Part shown: positions 28,626 through 39,374 of the stretch, in pieces
How positions within the stretch are numbered: the first letter of the stretch is position 1
How the letters are laid out: each line of letters begins with the position of its first letter
Source of the DNA: Candidatus Eiseniibacteriota bacterium
Lineage (GTDB): Bacteria; Eisenbacteria; RBG-16-71-46
Assembly: GCA_044223005.1 (NCBI GenBank)
Contig: JBGAML010000005.1
Location: 160,001 to 224,000, forward strand
DNA: 64,000 bases
Direction of reading: 5' to 3'
The notes under the pieces: model-generated
What the model saw: only the letters and a program-made list of their open reading frames with translations
Told to the model about the DNA's origin: nothing
Database searches by the model: none
Made by a program: the position numbers and the translations under genes

Positions 28626-31600
28626 ATGAACCGCGTGATGACTTCGCTGCTCCTGTCCGTCCTGCTCGCCTCGCCGGTGCTCGCGGCGACCCGGCCCGCC
28701 GCCGGCAAGCCCGCCCGGACGTCGGCTCCCGGTGCGAAGGCTCGCCTCGAATCGGGCACGTTCTCCGCGCTGACGTTCCGCTCGATCGGCCCGGCGGTCA
28801 CCTCGGGCCGCGTCGTGGACCTCGCGGTGGCGCCGGGCGACAAGAGCACGTGGTACGTGGCCACGGCCTACGGCGGCGTGTTCAAGACCACGAATGCCGG
28901 CACGACGTGGTCGCCCATCTTCGACACGCAGGGCACCGCGTCGATCGGCTGCGTGGTCGTGGACCCCACGCGTCCGCTCACGGTGTGGGTGGGCAGCGGC
29001 GAGAACAACAGCCAGCGCAGCGTGGGCTGGGGCGACGGCGTCTACCGCAGCGACGACGGCGGCAAGTCGTGGAAGAACGTCGGCCTCAAGGCGTCCGAGC
29101 ACATCGGGCAGGTCGCGATCGATCCGCACGACCACAACACGGTGCTCGTCGCCGCGCAGGGACCGCTCTGGGCACCGGGCGGCGACCGTGGCGTCTACCG
29201 CACCACCGACGGCGGGGCGACGTGGACGCCGGTGCTGCAGGTGAACGAGTGGACCGGCGCGAACGAGGTACGCTTCGACCCGAACGACCCCGACGTCGCG
29301 TACGCGACGACCTACCAGCGCCACCGCAAGGTGTGGACGCTGGTCGACGGCGGCCCGGGTTCGGGCATCTGGAAGAGCACCGATCGCGGCGTGACGTGGA
29401 CGCGGCTCACGAACGGGCTGCCCAAGGACGACATGGGCCGCATCGGCCTCGCCACCTCGCCGAGCGAGCCGCATGTGGTCTACGCCACGGTCGAGGCGGC
29501 CAACGGCGGCAGCGGCTTCTACCGCAGCACCGACGGCGGCGCGAACTGGGAGAAGCAGAACGACATCACGAGCTCCAGCCCGCAGTACTACCAGGAACTC
29601 TTCGCCGACCCGCGCACGCCGGGCCGGGTCTATTCGATCGACACGTTCCTGCAGGTGACCGACGATGGCGGCAAGACGTGGCGGCGCGCGGGGGAGAAGT
29701 CGAAGCACGTCGACAACCACGTCGTCTGGATCGATCCCGACGACACGCGCCACCTGCTGGTCGGCTGTGACGGCGGGCTCTACGAGTCGTTCGATCGTGC
29801 CGCGACCTGGGACTTCTTCGGCAACCTCCCGATCACGCAGTTCTACAAGCTCGAGGTCGACAACAGCCTGCCGTTCTACTACGTCTACGGCGGCACGCAG
29901 GACAACAACACGCTGGGCGGCCCGTCGCGCACGATCACCACGCACGGCATCCTCAACTCGGACTGGTTCGTGACGACCGGTGGCGACGGCTTCCAGCCCC
30001 GCGTCGACCCCAAGGACCCGAACATCGTCTACTCCGAGTCGCAGCACGCGGGCATCGTGCGGTTCGACCGGCGGACGGGCGAGACGGTGGACATCCAGCC
30101 GCAGCCCGAGCCCGGCGAGCCGGGTTCGCGCTGGAACTGGGACGCACCGTTCATCGTCTCGCCGCACTCGCACACGCGGCTCTACCTCGCGTCGCAGCGG
30201 CTCTGGCGCAGCGACGATCGCGGCGACTCGTGGACCGCGGTGAGCCCGGACCTCACGCGCCAGGTCGATCGCAACCGGCTCGAGGTCATGGGGCGCGTCT
30301 GGAGCGTCGACGCCGTGGCCAAGAACGCGTCGACGTCGTTCTACGGCAACATCGTCGCGCTGAGCGAATCGCCGCTGCGCGAGGGGCTGCTGTACGTGGG
30401 CACGGACGACGGCCTGGTGCAGGCGAGTGAGGACGGTGGCAAGTCCTGGCGGCGGATCGAGAGCTTCCCGGGCGTGGGCGAGTTCGCCTACGTCTCGCGC
30501 GTCGTCGCGTCTCGTCATGCCGCGCCCACGGTCTACGCCACGTTCGACCGGCACAAGATGGGCGACTTCAAGCCCTACGTGCTCAAGAGCACCGACGGTG
30601 GCCGCGCGTGGACCAGCATCGCGGGGAACCTGCCGGCCAACGCGACCGTCTACGCGCTGGCCGAGGATCCGGTGAACCCGGACCTGCTCTACTGCGGCAC
30701 GGAGTTCGGCGCGTTCTTCACGCCCGACGGCGGCCACCAGTGGATCGCCCTCAAGGGCGGCGTCCCCATGCAGTGCATTCGCGACCTGGCCGTGCAGGAG
30801 CGCGACGACGCGCTCGTGCTCGCCACGTTCGGCCGCGGCTTCTACGTGCTCGACGAGCTCGCGCCGCTGCGCCGCATGGCGAGCGAGGCGAAGCTCGCCG
30901 AGGAGGCGGTGCTGCTGCCCGTGCACCGCGCGGCGATGTACGTGCCGGCGAACCCGCTCGGCGGCGGCGGCAAGTCGCAGCAGGGCGAGCGGCTCTACAC
31001 CGGCGAGAACCCGCCGTTCGGCGCCACGTTCACGTACTGGCTCCGCGACGGCTGGAAGTCGCGCCAGGACGCGCGCCGCAAGCGCGAGGGCGAGATCGAG
31101 AAGGAAGGCGGCGACACCTTCTACCCGAGCTGGGATTCGCTGCGCGCCGAGGCGCGGGAAGAGGCGCCGGCGATCGTCTTCACGGTGACGGACGCCGCGG
31201 GCCACGTCGTGCGGCGGATCGAGGGCCCCGCGTCGCAGGGCTTCCACCGCGTGAACTGGGACCTGCGCTGGGCATCGCTCGCGCCCGCCGAGCTCACGCC
31301 GCGCCGGCGGAGCGAGTTCGACGACTCGGCCGACGCGCCGCTCGCCGCGCCGGGGATGTACACGGTCGCGATGGCGAAGCGCGTCGGGGGCGTGACGACC
31401 CCGCTCGGCCAGCCGCAGACGTTCGAGTGCGCGCCCGTGCTCGAGTCCTCGCTGCCGGCCGCCGACCGGCAGGCGCTGCAGGCGTTCGGGCTCCGCACCG
31501 CCGGGCTGCAGCGGCGCGTGCTCGGCGCCGATCGGGCCGTGGCCGAGATGCAGCAGCGTGTGACGCTGCTGGCGAAGGCCGTCGCGTCCACGCGAGTGCC

Positions 31601-31937
31601 GTCGGACGAGCTGCGTGCGAACGTCGTGAAGCTCGGCAACGACCTCAAGGACCTCGGCGTGACGTTCCGCGGCGACCCGGTCGTGCGCGAGCACAACGAG
31701 GTGGCGCCGCCCTCGCTGGTCGAGCGGCTGAACCAGGTGACCGGCGGCAGCTGGAACGCGACCTCCGCGCCGACGAAGACCCACCAGCGCCAGGTCGAGA
31801 TCGTCGCCGCCGAGTTCGAGAAGGCGCTCGTCCGCCTGAAGGAACTGCGCGCGAAGCTGGTCGAACTCGAGGGCGCCGCCGAGACGATGGGGACGCCCTG
31901 GACGCCGGGCCGGCTGCCGGAGTGGAATCCGGAGTAG
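28626..31937 (+). CDS. Secreted Vps10/sortilin-like BNR-repeat (glycosyl hydrolase-like) protein with helical C-terminus
   Basis: Signal peptide; FRSIGPAVTSGRVVD; many TxDGGxTW Asp-boxes; GGTQDNNT; GGDGF; LATFGRGFYVLD. Confidence 0.88.
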   Translation: MNRVMTSLLLSVLLASPVLAATRPAAGKPARTSAPGAKARLESGTFSALTFRSIGPAVTSGRVVDLAVAPGDKSTWYVATAYGGVFKTTNAGTTWSPIFDTQGTASIGCVVVDPTRPLTVWVGSGENNSQRSVGWGDGVYRSDDGGKSWKNVGLKASEHIGQVAIDPHDHNTVLVAAQGPLWAPGGDRGVYRTTDGGATWTPVLQVNEWTGANEVRFDPNDPDVAYATTYQRHRKVWTLVDGGPGSGIWKSTDRGVTWTRLTNGLPKDDMGRIGLATSPSEPHVVYATVEAANGGSGFYRSTDGGANWEKQNDITSSSPQYYQELFADPRTPGRVYSIDTFLQVTDDGGKTWRRAGEKSKHVDNHVVWIDPDDTRHLLVGCDGGLYESFDRAATWDFFGNLPITQFYKLEVDNSLPFYYVYGGTQDNNTLGGPSRTITTHGILNSDWFVTTGGDGFQPRVDPKDPNIVYSESQHAGIVRFDRRTGETVDIQPQPEPGEPGSRWNWDAPFIVSPHSHTRLYLASQRLWRSDDRGDSWTAVSPDLTRQVDRNRLEVMGRVWSVDAVAKNASTSFYGNIVALSESPLREGLLYVGTDDGLVQASEDGGKSWRRIESFPGVGEFAYVSRVVASRHAAPTVYATFDRHKMGDFKPYVLKSTDGGRAWTSIAGNLPANATVYALAEDPVNPDLLYCGTEFGAFFTPDGGHQWIALKGGVPMQCIRDLAVQERDDALVLATFGRGFYVLDELAPLRRMASEAKLAEEAVLLPVHRAAMYVPANPLGGGGKSQQGERLYTGENPPFGATFTYWLRDGWKSRQDARRKREGEIEKEGGDTFYPSWDSLRAEAREEAPAIVFTVTDAAGHVVRRIEGPASQGFHRVNWDLRWASLAPAELTPRRRSEFDDSADAPLAAPGMYTVAMAKRVGGVTTPLGQPQTFECAPVLESSLPAADRQALQAFGLRTAGLQRRVLGADRAVAEMQQRVTLLAKAVASTRVPSDELRANVVKLGNDLKDLGVTFRGDPVVREHNEVAPPSLVERLNQVTGGSWNATSAPTKTHQRQVEIVAAEFEKALVRLKELRAKLVELEGAAETMGTPWTPGRLPEWNPE

Positions 31938-31952
31938 GCCATCGACGCACCG

Positions 31953-31989
31953 CGCGCGGGGCCCGGTTCGCCGGGCCCCGCGCGTGTTT
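31953..31989 (+). terminator. Intrinsic terminator
   Basis: 14-bp stem CGCGCGGGGCCCGG-TTCG-CCGGGCCCCGCGCG followed by TGTTT. Confidence 0.7.
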
Positions 31990-32070
31990 GACGCGGCCAC
32001 GCACCGATGCCAGTTTGGCGGCGGCCGCCCTCCGCGCCGCGACCTTTCCCACGAGCCCAGGGAGTCCGCC

Positions 32071-32517
32071 ATGCCTCGCAAGCCGACGCACGCCGACGCC
32101 GAGCTGCTCCTCCGCCTCTACGAGATCCGCCGCGACCCGGAGCTGCGCCGCGCCCGCAAGTGGTTCCTCACCGAGTTCCGGCCGCGGCCCTGGGACGAGA
32201 TCGCGGCGACGTACCTGACGCACTCGGACGAGGACCGCTGGTTCCGCATGACCTTCTCGTACTGGGAGATGGTCGGAACGCTCGTGAACCGCGGCGTGCT
32301 GCACGACGAGCTCTTCTTCGAGCACACGGGCGAGGACGTCGTGACGTGGGAGAAGTGCAAGCCATGGATCGAAGGCGCGCGCGCGAAGATCCGGCCCACG
32401 TACCTGCACAACTTCGAGAAACTGGTTACCGACCACCTGAAGTTCCGCGCGAAGATCAACGCCGCCGCGGTGAAGCGCGCGGCGAAGCCCGCGCGCCGCA
32501 CGAAGGCGAAGCGCTGA
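32071..32517 (+). CDS. DUF4760-like hypothetical protein, coupled to aroC
   Basis: ADAELLLRLYEIRRDPELRRARKWF; SYWEMVGTLVNRG; stop overlaps the aroC ATG. Confidence 0.65.
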   Translation: MPRKPTHADAELLLRLYEIRRDPELRRARKWFLTEFRPRPWDEIAATYLTHSDEDRWFRMTFSYWEMVGTLVNRGVLHDELFFEHTGEDVVTWEKCKPWIEGARAKIRPTYLHNFEKLVTDHLKFRAKINAAAVKRAAKPARRTKAKR

Positions 32518-33578
32518 TGTCGTCCACCTTCGGCCGCCTGTTCCAGGTCACGACGTTCGGGGAATCGCACGGTGCCGGCGTCGGCGTGCTCGTGGACGGC
32601 ATGCCGCCCGGCTTCGCGGTCGACCTCGCCGCGATCCAGCGCGAGCTGGATCGCAGGCGTCCCGGGCAGAGCGCGATCACGACGCAGCGGCAGGAGGCCG
32701 ACCGCGTCGAGCTCGTCTCCGGCGTGCACGAGGGCGTCTCGCTCGGGACGCCGATCCTCATGCTGGTGCGCAACGCCGACCAGCGCTCGAAGGACTACGA
32801 CGCGCTCAAGGACGTCTTCCGCCCGGGCCACGCCGACTACGCGTACGCACAGAAGTACGGCGTGCGCGACCACCGCGGCGGCGGCCGCTCGTCGGGCCGC
32901 GAGACCGTCGGCCGCGTGGCCGCGGGGGCGCTGGCGAAGTCGGCGCTCGCGACCGTCGGCGTGACGATCGTCGGCGGCACGGTGCGCGTCGCCGACGTCG
33001 AGGCGGCGACGCGCGACTGGAACGTGACGGAGACGAACGCGATCCGCTGCCCGGATGCCGAGGCGGCGGCGCGGATGATCGCGGTGATCGAGCGGGCGCG
33101 CGACGCGAAGGACTCGGTGGGCGGCGTGGTCGAACTGGTCGCGCGCGGCGTCCCGGCGGGCTGGGGCGATCCCACGATGAGCAAGCTCGACGCGATGCTC
33201 GGCGCGGCGATGCTGTCGATCCCGGCGACCAAGGGCGTCGAGATCGGCGGCGGCTTCGCGATGACGGCACTGCACGGCTCGCAGACGAACGACGTCTTCG
33301 ACGGCGAACGTTACGCGAGCAACTGGTCGGGCGGCATCTCGGGCGGGATCTCGAACGGCAACGACCTCGTGGTGCGCGTGGCCGTCCGCCCGGCGACGAG
33401 CATCGGCAAGCCGCAGGTGATGGCGAAGGCGGGGGGCGGCACCGAGACGGTCGCGATCGAGGGCCGCCACGATCCCTGCATCTGCCCGCGCGTCGTCCCC
33501 GTCGCCGAGGCGATGCTCGCGATCACGCTCATGGACGCGTGGCTGCGGCAGCGCGCACTGCGCGGCCGGGACCGCTGA
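32517..33578 (+). CDS. aroC: Chorismate synthase
   Basis: TTFGESHG, RRRPGQS, RPGHADY, GGGRSSGRET, DSVGG, GRHDPC. Confidence 0.97.
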   Translation: MSSTFGRLFQVTTFGESHGAGVGVLVDGMPPGFAVDLAAIQRELDRRRPGQSAITTQRQEADRVELVSGVHEGVSLGTPILMLVRNADQRSKDYDALKDVFRPGHADYAYAQKYGVRDHRGGGRSSGRETVGRVAAGALAKSALATVGVTIVGGTVRVADVEAATRDWNVTETNAIRCPDAEAAARMIAVIERARDAKDSVGGVVELVARGVPAGWGDPTMSKLDAMLGAAMLSIPATKGVEIGGGFAMTALHGSQTNDVFDGERYASNWSGGISGGISNGNDLVVRVAVRPATSIGKPQVMAKAGGGTETVAIEGRHDPCICPRVVPVAEAMLAITLMDAWLRQRALRGRDR

Positions 33579-33603
33579 ACCCGCGCACACCCCGGTGCCT
33601 CCA

Positions 33604-33633
33604 TTGACCCTCGCGCGCGGCCGATGCTAGGCT
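33604..33633 (+). promoter_or_regulatory. Sigma70-type promoter for the aroF leader
   Basis: TTGACC-N18-TAGGCT with a TG extension. Confidence 0.55.
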
Positions 33634-33664
33634 TTTCCCTCACGTTCCTGCCCACGGAGGTCTC

Positions 33665-33745
33665 GTGCACGTCCGCCGGTTCGAGTGGTGCGATCGCGGG
33701 TACGGCTTCGCCTGGCGAAGCCGGGAGACCGCGTTGGCCCTCTGA
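33665..33745 (+). CDS. Putative aromatic-amino-acid leader peptide MHVRRFEWCDRGYGFAWRSRETALAL
   Basis: SD GGAGG at 33656-33660, GTG start, 5 aromatic codons (2 F, 2 W, 1 Y) in the first 17; directly upstream of DAHP synthase. Confidence 0.7.
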   Translation: MHVRRFEWCDRGYGFAWRSRETALAL

Positions 33746-33820
33746 CGTCCACGAGCCTTCCGCGATCTCCCAGCCCATGCCGAAGCGGCGTGGGCTGAAG
33801 TGTTCGGAGCGACATCGCCG

Positions 33821-34830
<1,010 letters not shown>

Positions 34831-34834
<4 letters not shown>

Positions 34835-35892
34835 CGCACGCTCGCGCCGGCACGGCCGCACTCGCGCTGGCGGTGCTGCTCGCGTCGGGCTGCGGCGGCG
34901 CGTCGAAATCCTCCGGCCCCGCGGGCCCCGGGGCGCCGCTCCTCGGCCTGGTCGCGAACCCGGTCGACGCGGCGGTCGCGCGCGGCGACTCGAACCTCGC
35001 GGCGATCACGCTCGCCAAGTCGACGGGCGTGAACATGATCCAGGAGGGCGACAACTGGCACGACCTCGAGCCCACACCCGGCGCGATCGACATGGCGCGC
35101 CTGGCGCTGCGCGCGCAGGTGAACACCGCGCTCGGACTCGCGCCCGCCCACACGTTCCGGATCGTCGACACGAACCAGCGCGCCACTCCGGCCGACCTGG
35201 CCGCCACGGCGTGGGACGACCCGGCGATGTTCGCGCGCGTCGACGCCGCGGTGGATTCGATCCTCGCGTCCATGGCGACCGAGTCGCCAGTGATGTTCTC
35301 GCTCGGCAACGAGGTCGACGCCTACTTCGGCACGCACTCCACGGAGCTGCCCGCGTACGTGCGGTTGCTGCGGCGCGAGATCGCGCGCATTCACACGGCA
35401 CGTCCCGGCGTGCCGGTGGGCTGCTGCACGCAATCGCCCCCCGGCAATCCCACTGCGTGGGTGGGGGACACGCTCAACACGTACACCGACGTGCGCGTCT
35501 ACACCTACTACCCGATGGTGAACCCTTCGGACTTCCAGTTCCGTCCGCCGACCACGCTCGAGGGCGACCTGGACGGCATCCTGGCCGCCGGGCCATCACC
35601 CGTCTACCTGCAGGAAGTCGGCTACGCTTCGTCGCCGGTCTGCGGCAGTTCGCTCTCGGCGCAGGCCGAGTTCGTGAGCCGGTTCCGGCACTGGCACGCC
35701 AGGCAGTCCCGCGCCAAGTTGCTGGGAGCCAGCTACTTCCTGTTCACGGACTGGACGGGGGCCACGCTCGACGGGCTGACGACGTATTATGGCTTCACGA
35801 GCCCCGGGTTCCGGGGCTTCCTCGGGACGCTGGGCCTGCGGGATTCCAGCGGACTCGCGAAGCCGGCGTGGGAGGCATGGCGGAATCCCTGA
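34831..35892 (+). CDS. Lipoprotein with clan GH-A-like TIM-barrel glycoside hydrolase domain (probable CTG start)
   Basis: Lipobox LLASGC; SLGNEVD (acid/base) and VYLQEVGY (nucleophile) motifs. Confidence 0.7.
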
Positions 35893-35983
35893 CGGGAACC
35901 GCTGTCCCGCGAACATCGAACCCATCCCCCGAGAAGACACGGCCGCAGGCGCCCCACGCGCGTCCGGTCCGGGAGATCCGTTC

Positions 35984-36544
35984 ATGTCGCGCATCGTTCG
36001 CTGGAGCTTCCTCTTGTTCGCACTGTGGGCCACGACGGCATGGGCGTCGACACCGACGCTCGCGTTCCGCGGTGGAATGGCGATGGAAGGGGCGCAGGGG
36101 AACCTGCAGGACGGCTGGACGGCAGGCGCGTCGGTCGAGTGGCCGCAGGGCTGGGGAGTCCTCGGCATCGACGGCGACTGGGCCGAAGATGGCCGGGCCG
36201 CGGAATCCGGCACCGATTACAACTTCCGCGTCGTCCACCTCGGGCCCGCCATCCGCCGGTCTTTCGGCACCGGAGCAGTGCGTCCGGCGCTCGAAGCCGG
36301 AGCGGGCCTGGCGTACGTCCACGGCGAGGTTCGCGACCACACCGGCCTGCTCGACGAGACCACTCGCGTCGCCGCAGCCGGATGGCTCGGAGGCGGCGTG
36401 GCGTTGCGCCTCGATCCGCATTGGGACGCGCGGCTCGAAGGGCGCTACCAGTTCTACGTCATCGACATGCCGGACGTGGTCTCCGGCGGCGGGAACCTCG
36501 GCGACCACTATGGCGTGACGCTCGGATTCGCGTTCCACCACTGA
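35984..36544 (+). CDS. Outer-membrane beta-barrel protein (OmpA-TM/porin-like)
   Basis: Signal peptide, amphipathic strands (RPALEAGAGLAY, LRLDPHWDARLEGRYQF), terminal GVTLGFAF. Confidence 0.7.
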   Translation: MSRIVRWSFLLFALWATTAWASTPTLAFRGGMAMEGAQGNLQDGWTAGASVEWPQGWGVLGIDGDWAEDGRAAESGTDYNFRVVHLGPAIRRSFGTGAVRPALEAGAGLAYVHGEVRDHTGLLDETTRVAAAGWLGGGVALRLDPHWDARLEGRYQFYVIDMPDVVSGGGNLGDHYGVTLGFAFHH

Positions 36545-36651
36545 TCGTGTTCGCCCGCGGGGACACCCGCGGAACCGTGCACACCGTGCGGTGTAACCTG
36601 CGCGGGCGGCCATCGTGGCCGCCCGCGCTCGTCGCTCCGGAGGCGTCCGCC

Positions 36652-37239
36652 ATGTTCCGCGTCCTCGCCGCGTCGTTCGTCCTCGTGATCGTCGCCGTCG
36701 CTCCGCTCACCGCGCGTGCCGCGGCGCCCCCGGCCGGGTCGATCGTGCGCGTGAGCACCACCGATCGCGCGCACCCGCTGCGCGGCGCGCTCGTCTCGAT
36801 GCGCGGCGACTCGATCCGGCTCGACACGCGCCACGGGCACCGCGTCGCGATCGCGCGATCGGCGGTGACCGCGCTGGAGGTGCGCGGCGGCGTGCGGCCC
36901 AGCACGCGCAAGGCCACCCTGCTCGGCATCGGCCTCGGCCTCGCGGGCGGCGCGGCGATCGGCGCCGCGGCCGGCAACATCCCGCTGGGCGAGGGCGAGG
37001 AGGAGGGCCGTGCCCCGAACCCGCAGCAGCAGACGTCCGCGAGCTATCGCGCGATCGTGGGCGGCGCGGTCGGCGGGCTCGTCGGCGGCGTGGTCGGCTC
37101 GCTCACCGGGCTCGGCCAGACCGAGGACGAGTGGAAGCCCGTGCCGCTCCACGCCACGAACGCCGGACCGCGCGGCACGCTGCCGTCCGAGACGTTTGCG
37201 GTGCGAGTGCCGCTCGTACACGTGGCGTTCCGCCGCTAG
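36652..37239 (+). CDS. Hypothetical secreted/membrane protein with Gly-zipper helices
   Basis: SD GGAGG; signal peptide; GIGLGLAGGAAIGAA and GGAVGGLVGGVVG. Confidence 0.65.
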   Translation: MFRVLAASFVLVIVAVAPLTARAAAPPAGSIVRVSTTDRAHPLRGALVSMRGDSIRLDTRHGHRVAIARSAVTALEVRGGVRPSTRKATLLGIGLGLAGGAAIGAAAGNIPLGEGEEEGRAPNPQQQTSASYRAIVGGAVGGLVGGVVGSLTGLGQTEDEWKPVPLHATNAGPRGTLPSETFAVRVPLVHVAFRR

Positions 37240-37251
37240 CGGGCGCCCCGC

Positions 37252-37280
37252 TTGACGGCCCGGGGCACCTGCGGTTTACT
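37252..37280 (+). promoter_or_regulatory. Sigma70-type promoter for tRNA-Val
   Basis: TTGACG-N17-TTTACT followed by a GC-rich discriminator. Confidence 0.55.
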
Positions 37281-37293
37281 CCGCGGCCCCGAA

Positions 37294-37369
37294 GGGCGAT
37301 TAGCTCAGTTGGTAGAGCACTTGCTCGACAAGCAAGGGGTCACTGGTTCAAGTCCAGTATCGCCCACCA
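37294..37369 (+). tRNA. tRNA-Val(GAC)
   Basis: Cloverleaf: GGGCGAT/ATCGCCC acceptor, GCTC/GAGC D-arm, CTTGC-TCGACAA-GCAAG anticodon arm, TTCAAGT T-loop, encoded CCA. Confidence 0.96.
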
Positions 37370-37551
37370 TGTTCCGGCGCCCCGTTCGTGTGGCGCCGTC
37401 CGGCCCCGGAGGTCTCGCCTCCGGGGTTCCGCGTTTCCGGCCCCGGGGCCAATAGGGCCCCTCCGGCGCGTGTGATACCGTTCCTTCGGCCATCGCGGTT
37501 CGCCACCGTAGGGCGGGCCGACACGATTCCCTCCGCCAGGACCCCAATCCC

Positions 37552-39318
37552 ATGAACGCCACCCCGAGCACCGGCCCGGACCTCTCGCAGTACCCGGGCG
37601 GGGAAGCGCTGTACCGCCTCCGCCATTCCGCCGCCCACGTCCTCGCCACCGCCGTCACGCAACTGTTCCCCGAGGTGAAGGTCGCCGGCGGCCCGCCCGT
37701 CGAGGGCGGCTTCTACTACGACTTCGCCAAGCCGACGCCGTTCACGCCCGAGGACCTCGAGCGGATCGAGGCGCGCATGCGCGAGGTGGTCGCCGCCGAC
37801 CAGAAGTTCGAGTACGCCGAGCGCACGCGCGCCGAAGCGGCCGAGATCTGGAAGGACGAAAAATACAAGCTCCACTTCCTCTCGCAGATCCCCGAGGGCG
37901 CGAAGGTCACGACCTACCGGAACGGCGAGTTCCTCGACCTCTGCCGCGGACCGCACGTGGAGAGCACGGGGAAGCTGAAGGCGTTCAAGCTCACGCACGT
38001 CGCCGGCGCCTACTGGCTGGGCTCCGAGAAGAACGAGATGCTCCAGCGCATCTACGGCACCGCGTTCGCGACGCAGGCGGAGCTCGACGAGCACCTGAAG
38101 CGCATCGAGGAGGCGCTCAAGCGCGACCATCGCCGTCTCGGCCGCGAGCTCGACCTCTATTCGATCCACGAGGAAGTGGGCGCGGGGCTCGTGCACTGGC
38201 ACCCGCGGCTCGGGATGGTGCGTCACGTGCTCGAGGGCTTCTGGAAGGAGCAGCACCTGCAGGCGGGCTATTCGCTCGTCTACACGCCGCACATCGCGAG
38301 CGAGAAGCTCTACACGATCAGCGGGCACCTCGAGAACTACGCGGACATCATGTACTCGCCGATGCAGATCGACGAGCAGGCGTACCGCGCCAAGCCGATG
38401 AACTGCCCGAACCACATCATGATCTACAAGAGCCGCCCGCACTCGTACCGCGAGCTGCCGTTGCGATTCGCGGAACTGGGCACGGTGTACCGCTACGAGC
38501 GCAGCGGCGTGCTGCACGGCATGGAGCGCGTGCGCGGCTTCACGCAGGACGACTCGCACATCTTCTGCACGCCGGACCAGCTGCTGTCCGAGGTGCAGGG
38601 CGTGCTCGACCTGCATCACCGGATCGTGACCACGTTCGGCTACGAGTACCAGTGCTACCTGGCCACGCGACCGCTCGACAAGTACCTCGGCACCGACGAG
38701 CAGTGGGAGTTCGCGACGAACGCGCTGCGCGGCGCGCTCGAGGCCCGCGGCATCCCGTACGAGGTCGACGAGGGCGGCGGGGCGTTCTACGCGCCCAAGA
38801 TCGACATCAAGCTGCGCGACGCGATCGGCCGCGAATGGCAGTGCGGCACGGTGCAGGTCGACCTGAACCTGCCCAAGCGCTTCGGCGTCATGTACACGGG
38901 CCCGGACGGGCAGGAGCACGAGGTGATCATGCTGCACCGCGCGCTCTACGGTTCGCTCGAGCGCTTCGTGGGCATCTTCATCGAACACACGGGCGGCGAG
39001 TTCCCGGTGTGGGTCGCGCCGACGCAGGCGATGGTGATTCCGGTGCACCCGAAGGCGCACGAGTACGCGCAGCAGACGGCCGAGCTGCTCAAGGCGGGCG
39101 GCGTGCGCGTCGAAGTCGACGTGCGCGACGAGAAGCTGGGCGCCAAGATCCGCGACGCCGAGCTGCAGAAGGTGCCCTACATGGTCGTCGTGGGCCCGCG
39201 CGACGCCGAAGCGGGGACGTGCGCACCGCGGCGCAAGGGCCAGGGTGACCTCGGCACGATGCCGCGCGAGCAGTTCCTCGCGCGCGTGCAGCAGGAGATC
39301 CGCGACAAGGTCCGCTGA
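37552..39318 (+). CDS. thrS: Threonyl-tRNA synthetase (no N-terminal TGS domain)
   Basis: LRHSAAHVLA, DLCRGPH, RDHRRLG, KPMNCP, RVRGFTQDD, GAFYAPKID, HRALYGSLERF. Confidence 0.97.
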   Translation: MNATPSTGPDLSQYPGGEALYRLRHSAAHVLATAVTQLFPEVKVAGGPPVEGGFYYDFAKPTPFTPEDLERIEARMREVVAADQKFEYAERTRAEAAEIWKDEKYKLHFLSQIPEGAKVTTYRNGEFLDLCRGPHVESTGKLKAFKLTHVAGAYWLGSEKNEMLQRIYGTAFATQAELDEHLKRIEEALKRDHRRLGRELDLYSIHEEVGAGLVHWHPRLGMVRHVLEGFWKEQHLQAGYSLVYTPHIASEKLYTISGHLENYADIMYSPMQIDEQAYRAKPMNCPNHIMIYKSRPHSYRELPLRFAELGTVYRYERSGVLHGMERVRGFTQDDSHIFCTPDQLLSEVQGVLDLHHRIVTTFGYEYQCYLATRPLDKYLGTDEQWEFATNALRGALEARGIPYEVDEGGGAFYAPKIDIKLRDAIGREWQCGTVQVDLNLPKRFGVMYTGPDGQEHEVIMLHRALYGSLERFVGIFIEHTGGEFPVWVAPTQAMVIPVHPKAHEYAQQTAELLKAGGVRVEVDVRDEKLGAKIRDAELQKVPYMVVVGPRDAEAGTCAPRRKGQGDLGTMPREQFLARVQQEIRDKVR

Positions 39319-39334
39319 GCGCGATCGGAATCAG

Positions 39335-39369
39335 GCGAGCGCCGCGGCCCTCCGGCTCGCGGCGCTCGC
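39335..39369. terminator. Hairpin between convergent genes
   Basis: GCGAGCGCCGCG...CGCGGCGCTCGC 12-bp inverted repeat. Confidence 0.55.
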
Positions 39370-39374
39370 GCGTT

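Noticed and set aside
37294..37551. tRNA-Val as the integration site of an island
   Set aside because: No integrase and no duplicated tRNA 3' end seen; thrS follows directly.
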